Shown: positions 17,150 through 27,339, counted from the stretch's first letter. The stretch: DNA of 64,000 bases from Chloroflexota bacterium (GCA_043754535.1 JAYUUN010000128.1:45100-109099), one strand, 5' to 3'. Notes: generated by a model from the letters alone, not told the origin. Program-made: numbers and translations.

Positions 17150-19306
17150 ATGAAAGCAGAACAAGCTCATCTTTTGGACGTGATCAGCAAGGTTGGTCAG
17201 TTCGTTGTACCCATTTATCAACGCAACTACAGTTGGGAGCAGAAGCATTGCGCCCAGTTGTGGACTGATATTGAGCGCATTGCTGCGGACGATAGCCAGC
17301 CTCAGCACTTCATTGGCTCTATCGTTTACATTACAAAACCGGGGATGGCATCCAGTAGCAGATCAGATTTGATTGATGGTCAGCAGCGACTAGCAACTGC
17401 ATCTTTGCTACTGGCTGTAGTCCGTCGAGTTGCGGCAGAACGTGACCTGGAGTCTTGGACAGATGAGGAAGGGGAGCAGTTCAAAGTTGGCAAAGAGATC
17501 AGCAAGCTGCTAGTGAAGGACAATGAGGATGATGACAGCAAGCGGCTGAAGTTGCTACCCACTGAAGCGGATCGCACCGTGTACCGGATTCTTATTGACC
17601 CCAGTCCCGCAAGGCCAGCTGAGGAAGCTGGCGGTCAGCTTGGAGAAAACTACACCTTCTTCCTCAAGAAGGTACGGCAATGGCGCGACCTCAAGCATCT
17701 TTACGATGCTATTCGTCGCCTGGTTATTGTTGAGGTCAGTCTGGAGCAGGGCCGTGACGATCCACAACTAATCTTCCAAAGTCTAAACTCCACTGGCTTG
17801 CGACTGTCGCAGGCAGACCTCATCCGTAACCACCTGCTCATGGGGCTGCCACCTGATGAGCAGAAAAAATTGTACAAGAACTACTGGCGGCCAATGGAGG
17901 AGCGTTTCTACATCAACAGCAAGAATGATGCTGAACTCTTTGATCGGTTTGTGCGTGACTACATCACCCTCAAGACTAGAGAAATAGCTAACAGCCAGAA
18001 CATCTACGTTGCCTTCAAGTCGTATATGGAGATGAGACACAAAGAAGCTGGCAACAAAGCAGATGTTGTGAGGAGTATCGTAGATGACATGGCTAAGTAT
18101 GCCAGGTACTTTATGTATCTGGCACGTGAGTCTGAACCAGATGAGAAACTTAGGCAAGCAATCTCTGACCTTAACAGGCTGGAGGTTAGAGTAGCCTACC
18201 CATTCCTCTTGGAAGCTTATGACGACTACGCTGGAGAGCCAGACAAGACCAAGCTTGTTAAGCTCGTGCGCTTGACAGAAAGCTACGTATTTCGGCGGGC
18301 AATCTGCAACTTGCCGACTAATGCACTCAAGAATGTGTTTAGGAACCTTAGCAAAGGCATTGATAAAGCTAACTACGTAGAGTCGGTAAGTGCCGCTCTG
18401 ATCGTCAGAGTGACTAAGGAAGGTTTTCCCACTGATGATGAGTTCCGCCACAGCTTGCTTGAGCGTGACGTGTATAACTTCAAGCGCGCAAGCTACTTGC
18501 TTGAAAAACTAGAGGCGCACGAGAACAAAGAACCCTTGAAGAGAAAACCCTCCATCGAGCATATCATGCCGCAAAACCCGAACCTTTCTGCTGATTGGCA
18601 GCGTGAACTCGGTGCAACTTGGAAAGACATCCAAGCCAAGTACCTGCACAGGCTCGGAAACTTGACTTTGACCTACTACAACTCTGAACTAAGTGACTAT
18701 CCCTTTACAAAGAAGCGAACCATGATCGATGGATTCGCCAGCTCAAGGCTGTGGTTGAGCCGTGATTTGGCAGAACTGACAGACTGGAACGAGGCTGAAA
18801 TGGTTAAGCGTGGTCAGCGGCTTGCAGATGTTGCAGTCGAACTGTGGGAGAGACCTGAACCACCTGCTGAGATGGTAGAAGCGCAGCGAACCAGGAGAGC
18901 AGAGCAGAGCAAGAAAGTATATTCTGTTATGGATCACTCCTCCTTCCTGATTCCAGAACTACAACCCTTGTTTGAGCAGCTGTGTGTCCAGATTAAAGGG
19001 CTTGGCAACGCGGTACGTGAGGTTCCCACCAAAACGTACATTGCCTACAAGGCTAGTGCTGCTACCAATTCCAACTTTGTCGATGTTTACTGCCAAAAGA
19101 GGAAGATCGTACTCTATCCCCAGTTGAGGATGCGCGAGATTGACGATCCACGTGGGCTGTGCCGCGATGTGAGTACCATTGGCAAAGTAGGCAATGGTGA
19201 CGTGGAGGTTTCGCTAGCATCAATGGCTGATCTAGACTACGTGATGATGATCGTTAAGCGTGCCTTGACAAAGAAGGCTGGCTCGACAAACACGCTATTT
19301 CAATAG
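17150..19306 (+). CDS. GmrSD-like DUF262/DUF1524 protein (putative type IV, modification-dependent restriction nuclease) with extra C-terminal domain
   Basis: DUF262 motifs PIYQRNYSW and LIDGQQRLAT. DUF1524 His-Me-finger-like SIEHIMPQ...HRLGNLTLTYYNSELS. The C-terminal ~140 aa form a separate domain. Markedly lower GC than the neighbours. ATG 17150 lies 8 nt after AGGAG. Confidence 0.8.
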   Translation: MKAEQAHLLDVISKVGQFVVPIYQRNYSWEQKHCAQLWTDIERIAADDSQPQHFIGSIVYITKPGMASSSRSDLIDGQQRLATASLLLAVVRRVAAERDLESWTDEEGEQFKVGKEISKLLVKDNEDDDSKRLKLLPTEADRTVYRILIDPSPARPAEEAGGQLGENYTFFLKKVRQWRDLKHLYDAIRRLVIVEVSLEQGRDDPQLIFQSLNSTGLRLSQADLIRNHLLMGLPPDEQKKLYKNYWRPMEERFYINSKNDAELFDRFVRDYITLKTREIANSQNIYVAFKSYMEMRHKEAGNKADVVRSIVDDMAKYARYFMYLARESEPDEKLRQAISDLNRLEVRVAYPFLLEAYDDYAGEPDKTKLVKLVRLTESYVFRRAICNLPTNALKNVFRNLSKGIDKANYVESVSAALIVRVTKEGFPTDDEFRHSLLERDVYNFKRASYLLEKLEAHENKEPLKRKPSIEHIMPQNPNLSADWQRELGATWKDIQAKYLHRLGNLTLTYYNSELSDYPFTKKRTMIDGFASSRLWLSRDLAELTDWNEAEMVKRGQRLADVAVELWERPEPPAEMVEAQRTRRAEQSKKVYSVMDHSSFLIPELQPLFEQLCVQIKGLGNAVREVPTKTYIAYKASAATNSNFVDVYCQKRKIVLYPQLRMREIDDPRGLCRDVSTIGKVGNGDVEVSLASMADLDYVMMIVKRALTKKAGSTNTLFQ

Positions 19307-19339
19307 AAGTAGAGCCAGTAGCAGCGGAAGGGCCACCTC

Positions 19340-21394
19340 ATGCCAACAGCACCCGATAGCGCAAGCGCGATTGCCGAGATCAAGAAGCGAGTGAGTATTG
19401 CCGACCTGATCCAGCGTACTGTCTCCCTGAAGAAGATACGCAACAACTATGTTGGTCTCTGCCCGTTCCACAACGAGAAGTCACCATCCTTCTACGTCTA
19501 CAGCGACAACGGTGGCAGCTACCACTGCTTCGGTTGCAAGGCCAGCGGCGACATCTTCAACTTCATAATGGAGACGCAGGGGTTGGCTTTCGGCGACACG
19601 CTCAAGCAGCTAGCCCAGCAGGCCGGGGTGGAGTTGCCAGAACGTGGGCGCGAGGGTGTGCTTGACCAGGGCAAGGAACGCTTGCGTGGGCTGCTTACCT
19701 CCGCCGAGACCTACTTCCACAACCTGTTGCTCAACGACGCGCAAGCTCAGCCCGCCCGCGACTACCTGCTCAAGCGCGGGGTCACCGCCGCTGGCGTAAC
19801 TACCTTCAACCTCGGCTACGCCCTTGATAGCTGGGATGCTCTGCACAGCTATCTCAAGGAGCGCAGCTACAGCGCAGAGGAGATGCGCGACGCGGGGGTA
19901 CTACGCGAACGCGACGGCGGCGGCTTCTACGACTACTTCCGCAACCGGCTGATCTTCCCGATCCGCGACGGGCGGGGGCAGACTGTAGGCTTCGGTGGGC
20001 GCGCCCTCAAGGACGAGGACAGGCCGAAGTACCTCAATTCGCCACAAACAGCCCTGTTCGACAAGGGCAGCATCCTCTACGGCATTGATCTCGCGCGGGC
20101 CAGCATCAAGCAGCAGAACCAGGCGGTGATCGTTGAAGGCTACCTCGACGCGCTGATCGCCCAGCAGCACGGCCAAAGCAACGTGGTCGCCACCCTCGGC
20201 ACGGCCATGACCGAGAAGCACATAGCATCGCTGAAGAAGCTGACCCGCAATGTCGTGCTTGCCCTCGACGCGGACGCAGCAGGCGATATGGCCGCCCTCA
20301 AGGATGCAGAGCAACTGCGCCAGGGTATGGATCACCTTGCCATCCCCGTCTACAACGCCCGCGGGCTGGTGGGCTACGAACACAAGCTGGATGCTAGCAT
20401 CCGCATCGCAGTGCTGCCTGCTGGCGAAGACCCCGACCAGGTGATCCGTCGCAGCACTAGCGAGTGGCAGGCGACGGTTGCCGCTGCCCTACCAGTCGTT
20501 GACCACTACATCAACGTGGTCGCGGGCAAACACGACCTGGACAGCCCGCTGGGGCGCAAGGATGCAGTCTACGAGGTTGCGCCGCTGATCGTCAGCGTGG
20601 GTGACGCGGTGGAGCGCGAGGGCTACCTTGAGCAGCTAGCCCGCCGCGTCCACGCCCCACTGGACTCGGTGCGCCGCAGCATCCAGGATGTGGCGAGGAA
20701 GCAACGCCAGAGCCAGCGGCTCACCTATGCCCCCAATCCAGCCCCCGACTATGCCGAGCAGCCTGCGCCAGAGCAGCCGCAACCCGTCGAACGCCTCAGC
20801 CCTCTCCAACGTTTGGAGCAAGCTCTGCTCAGTCTCTTGCTCCGCTACCCACAAGCCGTCCACAGCGAAGGCGCACCAGGCTTCGGCGACTTCAGCAGCA
20901 CGCCATTGCGCCTGATCTATGCCGCCCTGCTTGAGCAGGATGCCGCCAGTTTGCTAGCCGACCGCAAAGCCAGCCAATCAGCTTACCAAAACCTTACTGC
21001 GCAACCTACTACCAGCGGGGGTATTGACAGCAATGATACAATAGAAAACGATGGCCCTTTTCTACCCTATCCTCAGCTATGTGCTGGGCTGGACAGCAAT
21101 TTGCACGACGAAGTGGCCCACCTTTGGCGTGAGGGAAGCAGAGGGCCAGAGCTGTTCGGGCCAGAGGTAGAGCGCAACCTGCGGCGGTTGCAGCAGCGGC
21201 TGCACGAGGATCGGGACAGATTGTGGCTCAAGCGACAGAGCCAGATGATCGCTGAAGCCCAGGATGCTGGCGACGAGGAGGCGATCAGCGGCCTGCTAGA
21301 CGACGTGAGCAATCGCTTGCCGGTCTTCCGCAGCTATGCCCCGCCGCCCAGCACTGTGATCCGCGACAGCCGCGACGGTCGGCCACCAGGTTGA
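19340..21394 (+). CDS. dnaG: DNA primase
   Basis: Zinc finger CPFHNEKSPSFYV...CFGC and a TOPRIM region (VIVEGYLDALI, LALDADAAG). Confidence 0.95.
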   Translation: MPTAPDSASAIAEIKKRVSIADLIQRTVSLKKIRNNYVGLCPFHNEKSPSFYVYSDNGGSYHCFGCKASGDIFNFIMETQGLAFGDTLKQLAQQAGVELPERGREGVLDQGKERLRGLLTSAETYFHNLLLNDAQAQPARDYLLKRGVTAAGVTTFNLGYALDSWDALHSYLKERSYSAEEMRDAGVLRERDGGGFYDYFRNRLIFPIRDGRGQTVGFGGRALKDEDRPKYLNSPQTALFDKGSILYGIDLARASIKQQNQAVIVEGYLDALIAQQHGQSNVVATLGTAMTEKHIASLKKLTRNVVLALDADAAGDMAALKDAEQLRQGMDHLAIPVYNARGLVGYEHKLDASIRIAVLPAGEDPDQVIRRSTSEWQATVAAALPVVDHYINVVAGKHDLDSPLGRKDAVYEVAPLIVSVGDAVEREGYLEQLARRVHAPLDSVRRSIQDVARKQRQSQRLTYAPNPAPDYAEQPAPEQPQPVERLSPLQRLEQALLSLLLRYPQAVHSEGAPGFGDFSSTPLRLIYAALLEQDAASLLADRKASQSAYQNLTAQPTTSGGIDSNDTIENDGPFLPYPQLCAGLDSNLHDEVAHLWREGSRGPELFGPEVERNLRRLQQRLHEDRDRLWLKRQSQMIAEAQDAGDEEAISGLLDDVSNRLPVFRSYAPPPSTVIRDSRDGRPPG

Positions 21395-21459
21395 GACGCG
21401 CTTTTGAAGGAGCAGGCGCGAGGATTAAAGCAGAATTAGCGCAATTCGGCGGGATCGGT

Positions 21460-21465
21460 TACAAT
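21460..21465 (+). promoter_or_regulatory. possible -10 box (TACAAT) for rpoD in the dnaG-rpoD spacer
   Basis: ggttacaatgc at 21458-21468. The -35 is weak, and the box is ~140 nt upstream of ATG 21607. Confidence 0.3.
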
Positions 21466-21606
21466 GCAACATCACGCCTGTTATGTTCGAGGATCGCGTT
21501 AGCAAAATACAGCCGGGCGATTGTCAGGGTTGGAATGCAGTAACTCACCGTCCAGACGACCAGCCACCAACGGGTGGCCCAGACGTAGCTGAGGGAGCGA
21601 GCGCAG

Positions 21607-23334
21607 ATGGTACAACAAAACATCGAGTGGGCCGAGGGGAAGAACCCACAACGTGGTGGTAGGGCCAACCGGGGGTTGCACATGGTCAAGGGGGCTGAGC
21701 AGCCCAGTGAACCGCAGCCAGAGCAGGCCAGCAACCACTCCACCCCTAGCCTGGAAGCCGTCGCTACGTTGATCGAGCAAGGCAAGGCCCAGGGCTATCT
21801 CACTCCTGAACAAGTGCTAGCCGTGATGCCCACCCCAGAGGCGAACATTGAGTTGCTGAACGAACTCTATGTCCAACTCTCCGAGGTGGGCATTGACGTG
21901 ATGGACGACCCCCAGGTTGACCTCTCCGCTGCCCCCACTGCCCCTGCCCGGCTAGCCGCCACCCGCCTGCCTGCCACCGCCGAGCCAGACGAGATGCCAG
22001 AGGAGATGGCGGTCGAAGTGGAGGCCGAGATCAGCACAGTTAGCGAAGTTGACCTCAGCATTGACCTGGACATGGTCAGCATTGACGACCCAGTGCGGAT
22101 GTACCTGCGCGAGATTGGCCGTGTTCCGCTGCTTAGTGCCGATGCCGAGGTTTCGCTGGCGAAGCGCATGGAACGCGGCGAGTACCTCTTGCAGCAGAAG
22201 GCCGAAGTTGCCCGCCGCGCCGAGATGAGCCGCACGAAGGCTGAGGTTGACCCTGTTTCACTCGAACTGTACGCCACTCTGCGCGCCCACTGGCCGCTGC
22301 TGGAGCAGGTCTACGTAGAAAACTACCACGAGCAGCCGCCAACTGCCCGTCGCCAACTGCTGGTCTCTGTGATCCCTGCTAGCCAGCTGGACCCGAATAC
22401 CATCCGTCAGGTTGCTACCAATGCCGAGATCAGCAGCGAGAAGCTGGAGGAAGCCCTCCGCAGTGCGCTGATCGTCTTTGAGTTGCTGCCTGCCGAGATT
22501 CGCCAGTTGATTGAGACCGGTGAGTGGTTGAGCGAGGAGCAGGTACACACCGTCCTGCTCAACATCCGTCAGCCGCTGCGTAACCGCTGGGACGAGATCA
22601 TGGCCGACGCGAATGCCGCCCGTCGCCACCTGACCGAGGCTAACTTGCGCCTGGTGGTCAGCGTCGCCAAGAAGTACATCGGGCGGGGGATGTCGCTGCT
22701 CGACCTGATCCAAGAGGGCAACATCGGCCTGATCCGCGCGGTTGAGAAGTTCCGCTACACGCGGGGCTTCAAGTTCAGCACCTATGCTACCTGGTGGATT
22801 CGCCAGGCGATCACCCGCGCTATCGCTGACCAGGCCCGCACCATCCGCATTCCTGTGCATATGGTAGAGACGATCAACCGCCTGATCCGCACCCAGCGGC
22901 GGATGCTCCAAGACCTGGGCCGCGAACCGAGCAGCGAAGAAGTGGCAGCCGAGATGGGTATGTCGCCAGAGAAGGTGCGCGAGATCATCAAGGTGTCACA
23001 GGAGCCAGTCAGCCTCGAAATGCCGATTGGCGAGGAGGAGGACAGCCACCTTGGTGACTTCATCGAAGACCACAAAGCTCTGGCTCCCGCCGATGCTGCA
23101 AGCCACCGCTTGCTCAAAGAGCAGGTAGAAGACGTATTGGACAGCCTCAGCCTGCGCGAAAGGCGGGTGCTGCAACTGCGCTTCGGCCTCGACGATGGCC
23201 GCAGCCGCACCCTGGAGGAGGTTGGCCGTGAGTTCGGCGTGACCCGCGAACGCATCCGCCAGATCGAAGCCAAAGCCCTCCGCAAGCTCCGCCACCCTAG
23301 CCGCAGCAAAAAGCTGAAGGATTATCTGGACTAG
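21607..23334 (+). CDS. rpoD: primary RNA polymerase sigma factor (sigma-70 / SigA)
   Basis: Region 1.2 [11 protein letters not shown], region 2 [36 protein letters not shown], region 4.2 [38 protein letters not shown]. Confidence 0.95.
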   Translation: MVQQNIEWAEGKNPQRGGRANRGLHMVKGAEQPSEPQPEQASNHSTPSLEAVATLIEQGKAQGYLTPEQVLAVMPTPEANIELLNELYVQLSEVGIDVMDDPQVDLSAAPTAPARLAATRLPATAEPDEMPEEMAVEVEAEISTVSEVDLSIDLDMVSIDDPVRMYLREIGRVPLLSADAEVSLAKRMERGEYLLQQKAEVARRAEMSRTKAEVDPVSLELYATLRAHWPLLEQVYVENYHEQPPTARRQLLVSVIPASQLDPNTIRQVATNAEISSEKLEEALRSALIVFELLPAEIRQLIETGEWLSEEQVHTVLLNIRQPLRNRWDEIMADANAARRHLTEANLRLVVSVAKKYIGRGMSLLDLIQEGNIGLIRAVEKFRYTRGFKFSTYATWWIRQAITRAIADQARTIRIPVHMVETINRLIRTQRRMLQDLGREPSSEEVAAEMGMSPEKVREIIKVSQEPVSLEMPIGEEEDSHLGDFIEDHKALAPADAASHRLLKEQVEDVLDSLSLRERRVLQLRFGLDDGRSRTLEEVGREFGVTRERIRQIEAKALRKLRHPSRSKKLKDYLD

Positions 23335-23439
23335 TCGCTGGCGACAGGTACTAGCCGCGCGCAATACCGTGCGCCGTTGTTTGTTGGATGGCACAAACGC
23401 TGCTCATCTGTGCAGGGGCTAGATTGTTGCACGAGAGAG

Positions 23440-23847
23440 ATGAGAATGAAGCACACCAAAGCTGACCAGGTTTCAGCCACAATAGGCACTGTTTTCCTAG
23501 TAGCAATGGGTATCTTCTACGAGCCAACTTATGGTTGGCCGTTCACGTTGCTCTGCCTGGCACTGGCTGCTGTTGGCGTTGCTGTGGTCACCGGCAGGCC
23601 ACAGATCAAGCCACCATTGGTTGTTCAGCTGATAGCGACAATCTTGTATGTGGCTCTCTTTGCCTTCTACATCTTCAGCAAAACTGGTCTCAAGGGTGTG
23701 CTGGTGTTTGTTGCCGCTGCTGCCTTTGCTGCCGCCGCCTGGCTTATGGCGGATTATGGTCGACGCACGCGCAACCGTACTTATGTCTACGCCTCGTTGC
23801 TGCCAATGCTAGCTGCCATGTTTACGCTATTCTATGCTATGATATGA
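23440..23847 (+). CDS. small integral membrane protein (4 predicted TM helices), unknown function
   Basis: Hydrophobic segments such as IGTVFLVAMGIFY, FTLLCLALAAVGVAVV, LIATILYVALFAFYIF and LVFVAAAAFAAAAWL. GC is lower than the flanks. ATG follows GAGAGAG. Confidence 0.55.
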   Translation: MRMKHTKADQVSATIGTVFLVAMGIFYEPTYGWPFTLLCLALAAVGVAVVTGRPQIKPPLVVQLIATILYVALFAFYIFSKTGLKGVLVFVAAAAFAAAAWLMADYGRRTRNRTYVYASLLPMLAAMFTLFYAMI

Positions 23848-23929
23848 TGTGGTAGCCATCCTGCCGCTGTTGTTCCCAACCCCTCCCTGCCAATATCTAC
23901 TCAAGCTACACCGCAAAAGGAGCGAGTCT

Positions 23930-24502
23930 GTGCCAACCAAAGTTGTCAAACCCGATACTCACGTCTACCAGCTAAAGATTACTCTGCGCGGCAGCAAGCC
24001 CCCAATCTGGCGTAGGCTACTGGTGCCACCCAGCGTCACCCTGGCGAAGCTGCACTATGTGATCCAGGCAGCAATGGGTTGGCACGACAGCCACCTGCAC
24101 GAGTTTAGCGTGGGTGAGCAATCCTACGGCCCGCCAGAGCTGAGGGCTGACATCGACGGCATGATCAGCGAGCGCACCGTGAAGTTGGGCCAGATCGCAG
24201 CCGAGGTAGGGGCGAACTTCAGCTACCAATACGACTTTGGCGACGAGTGGGATCACCATGTGCAGGTAGAGAAGATCACGCCCATCGAGCAGGGCAGCAG
24301 CTATCCACTTTGCACTGCCGGTCGGCGCGCCTGCCCACCAGAGGATGTGGGGGGCATCTGGGGCTACGCCGAGATGCTAGAGACGATCAGCAACCCCGCC
24401 AACCCAGAGAGAGCGGAGATGCTAGCCTGGGTTGGTGCAGACTTCGACCCCGCCGCCTTCGACCTGGAAGCAACTAACAATCGGCTGAAGCTGATCCTTT
24501 GA
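23930..24502 (+). CDS. plasmid pRiA4b ORF-3-like (PRiA4_ORF3 family) protein
   Basis: Family-typical N-terminus YQLKITLRGSKPPIWRRLLVPPSVTLAKLHYVIQAAMGWHDSHLHEF and YQYDFGDEWDH. GTG 23930 follows AAGGAG. Confidence 0.75.
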   Translation: MPTKVVKPDTHVYQLKITLRGSKPPIWRRLLVPPSVTLAKLHYVIQAAMGWHDSHLHEFSVGEQSYGPPELRADIDGMISERTVKLGQIAAEVGANFSYQYDFGDEWDHHVQVEKITPIEQGSSYPLCTAGRRACPPEDVGGIWGYAEMLETISNPANPERAEMLAWVGADFDPAAFDLEATNNRLKLIL

Positions 24503-24608
24503 CTCACGCCTAGAACAGCATGAAGGATGAGGAAGTGTGGCGTAATTTGTCAGCAAATGCTATTCGTCTGCTGGTTATTACAGCCTTTAGCCGCCACCAT
24601 TCTAACCT

Positions 24609-25250
24609 ATGACCAACACAAAAGCGATCCTCTTTGACCTCGACGGCACTCTGGTGGACACCGTAAACCTGATCGTGGCGGGCTTCCAGCAGGTGACGCT
24701 GGCGCACCTCGGCTACCAGATCGCGCCAGCGGCGGTCAAGGCGACGATTGGCCGCCCCCTGCAAGCAGTGTTTGAGGAACTACACCCCGGCTGGGGCGAG
24801 CGGCTGACCGCCAGCTACCGCGAGTTCAATCTTGCCAACCACGACGTGCTGATCCACCCCGTCGCTGGCGTGGATGCGGTGCTGGCAGAGTTGCAGGCAC
24901 GTGGCCTCCCGCTGGGGGTTGTCACCAGCAAGGGGCAACCTGCGGCAGAGATGAGCCTGCGCCGCTTTGACCTGAGCCACTACTTCAGCCTGCTTGTCAC
25001 CCTGGATGATGTGGCGAGGCCGAAGCCCGCGCCCGACCCACTACTGCTCGGCTGCGCCAGGTTTGGCTTGCAACCTGCCGAAGTTACCTATGTTGGCGAC
25101 GCGATTCATGATATAATAGCGGCACGGGCCGCCGCCATGCGGGTGGTCGCAGTGACGTGGGGGGCTGGCACGGCAGCCGAGTTCGCCCAATACCCACCTG
25201 ATCATATTATCAGCCACTTTGCTGAATTGCTGACCTTGTTGAGCCACTAG
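24609..25250 (+). CDS. HAD-superfamily hydrolase (phosphoglycolate phosphatase / PpaX-like)
   Basis: Motif I LFDLDGTLVDT, motif II VVTSK, motif IV VGDAIHDIIAARAA. Confidence 0.8.
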   Translation: MTNTKAILFDLDGTLVDTVNLIVAGFQQVTLAHLGYQIAPAAVKATIGRPLQAVFEELHPGWGERLTASYREFNLANHDVLIHPVAGVDAVLAELQARGLPLGVVTSKGQPAAEMSLRRFDLSHYFSLLVTLDDVARPKPAPDPLLLGCARFGLQPAEVTYVGDAIHDIIAARAAAMRVVAVTWGAGTAAEFAQYPPDHIISHFAELLTLLSH

Positions 25251-25300
25251 AGGTCGAACTTGAAGCCTATGCTGAACCTGAAGAATGAGGAGCAAAAAGG

Positions 25301-26155
25301 ATGTTGATTATGCAGCGCACCGCCGCCGGGGGGCTGTGCATGAGGAAGAACGAGTTTGGCTATCAGATACTGCTGATCCGCCGTGACCGCTATAACGATT
25401 GGAGTTTGCCGAAGGGCAAAATCGAGGAGGGTGAGACCAGCCAGGTCGCTGCCCTGCGTGAGGTGAAGGAGGAGACTGGCCTGGATGCGCGCATCGTCAC
25501 CAGCCTCGGCCCAATTGACTATACCTTCACCTTCTTTGAGGACAACCAGGAGCAGAGCCAGCGCGGCTTCGTCATGCACAGTGACACGCAGGTGCAGGTG
25601 GCAGCCAGCAGCGTCCACAAGACCGTCTACTACTACCTGATGGTAGCGGTCGGCGGCACATTGGGCGAGTTTAGCGCAGACAACGATGAGGTGGACGGGG
25701 TGCGCTGGTTCACTATCCCCGAAGCGCAAGAGTTGCTGACCCACGAGGGCGACCAGGTGACGCTGGCAAGGGCGGTTGACTTGCTCACTCGTGCGGGAGG
25801 CAAGGGCCACTTCATGCTCGGCGACGACAATATCCCAACCAACACCACTAGAACGGCTACCCGCTTATGTATGACAGAGCTAAGGTTTCTATCAAGGCTG
25901 GTAAGGGAGGTAATGGCTCAGCCAGCTTCCGCCGCGAGAAGTTCGTCCCCTTCGGTGGGCCGGACGGTGGCGACGGCGGGCGGGGCGGCAGCGTCTACCT
26001 GGTGGTCAGCCTCGACCTCAACACCCTCATCTCCTTCCACTACAAGCAGCACTACAAGGCAGAGGTGGGCGGCTCAGGCGGCGGCAACCAGCGGCACGGC
26101 AAGGCTGGCGACAACCTCTACATCCCAGTGCCACCTGGCACCTTCGTGCGCGTAG
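25301..26155 (+). CDS. Nudix hydrolase; ORF lacks a stop until 289 nt inside obg
   Basis: Nudix box GKIEEGETSQVAALREVKEETGL. RBS GAGGAG...AAAGG before ATG 25301. The domain appears complete by about residue 175, but the frame stays open to 26155. Confidence 0.65.
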   Translation: MLIMQRTAAGGLCMRKNEFGYQILLIRRDRYNDWSLPKGKIEEGETSQVAALREVKEETGLDARIVTSLGPIDYTFTFFEDNQEQSQRGFVMHSDTQVQVAASSVHKTVYYYLMVAVGGTLGEFSADNDEVDGVRWFTIPEAQELLTHEGDQVTLARAVDLLTRAGGKGHFMLGDDNIPTNTTRTATRLCMTELRFLSRLVREVMAQPASAARSSSPSVGRTVATAGGAAASTWWSASTSTPSSPSTTSSTTRQRWAAQAAATSGTARLATTSTSQCHLAPSCA

Positions 26156-27339
26156 TCACCCTCGAATCAATAGACCCTAGCACGGGATTGACCGTGTTGG
26201 AGAGCGAGACGGTGTTGGAGGCCGACCTAACCACGCTGGGCCAGACGGTGATGATCGCCAAAGGTGGGCGCGGTGGGCTGGGCAACACCCACTTTGCCAC
26301 CTCCACCAACCAGGCTCCGCGCATCTCCGAACTAGGTCAGCCAGGAGAGGAGCGCATCCTCTACCTGGAACTGAAGCTGATCGCCGATGTGGGGCTGGTC
26401 GGCTACCCCAACGTGGGCAAGAGTACCCTGCTGGCAGCCTCTACTGCAGCCACCCCGAAGATCGCCGACTACCCCTTCACCACTCTCAGCCCCAACCTCG
26501 GCGTGGTTGAAATTGATGTGGACTCTAGCTTCGTCCTGGCCGACATCCCTGGGCTGATAGAAGGGGCCAGCGAGGGTGCAGGGCTGGGCCTGGAGTTCCT
26601 GCGCCACGTCGAGCGCACCAGCCTGCTGATCCATGTGCTGGACGGCACGATGGTGCTGGGCGACGACCCTCAGCGCGACCCGCTTGGCGACTTTGAGCGT
26701 ATCAACAAGGAGCTTGAGCAGTATCAGCCGCAGCTAGCCGAGAAGCCGCAGATCATCGCAGTCAACAAGCTAGACGTACCAGAGGCACGGGCGGCCTTCC
26801 CTGACCTCAAGCGGCAGTTGGAGCAGATTGCCCCCGGCGCAAAGGTGTTTGGCGTGGCCGCCGTTACTGGCGAGGCGGTTCGCCCGCTAATGGCGGCGGC
26901 CTGGCACCTGCTCTCCGACCTGCGCGAAGAACAGCCGCTGCCGACCGAGGAGGCGGGGGAGGTACGTATCCTACGCGTTGAGGAGGCTAGCCCCGACGAG
27001 TTCGCGGTTGAACGGATGAGCCGCCACCACCTGCGGGTGCGGGGCGGGCGCATCTTGCGCGAACTGGCGATGACCAACTTCGGCCAGCGCGAGAACACCG
27101 AGCGGCTAAACCGCAGCTACCAACGCATGGGTCTCTACCAGGCGTTGCTGACGGCGGGAGCCGAGCCGGGTGACAAGGTACACATAGGCGAAGCCGAGCT
27201 AACCTGGACCGAGGACAACGCACTGGACATCGTAGAGCCACTTGCTCCCCTCCCGCCCAGCCGCCACAAGAACAAGCTGCCTGACCCCACCAAGCGCAAG
27301 CGCAAGGGTCTACCAGTCAGCAAGCGACGGCAGATTTAG
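25867..27339 (+). CDS. obg: GTPase ObgE/CgtA with OCT domain and basic C-terminal tail
   Basis: Obg fold N-terminus AKVSIKAGKGGNGSASFRREKFVPFGGPDGGDGGRGGSVY. G1 GYPNVGKST, G3 DIPGLIEGA, G4 NKLD. Confidence 0.95.
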   Translation: MYDRAKVSIKAGKGGNGSASFRREKFVPFGGPDGGDGGRGGSVYLVVSLDLNTLISFHYKQHYKAEVGGSGGGNQRHGKAGDNLYIPVPPGTFVRVVTLESIDPSTGLTVLESETVLEADLTTLGQTVMIAKGGRGGLGNTHFATSTNQAPRISELGQPGEERILYLELKLIADVGLVGYPNVGKSTLLAASTAATPKIADYPFTTLSPNLGVVEIDVDSSFVLADIPGLIEGASEGAGLGLEFLRHVERTSLLIHVLDGTMVLGDDPQRDPLGDFERINKELEQYQPQLAEKPQIIAVNKLDVPEARAAFPDLKRQLEQIAPGAKVFGVAAVTGEAVRPLMAAAWHLLSDLREEQPLPTEEAGEVRILRVEEASPDEFAVERMSRHHLRVRGGRILRELAMTNFGQRENTERLNRSYQRMGLYQALLTAGAEPGDKVHIGEAELTWTEDNALDIVEPLAPLPPSRHKNKLPDPTKRKRKGLPVSKRRQI

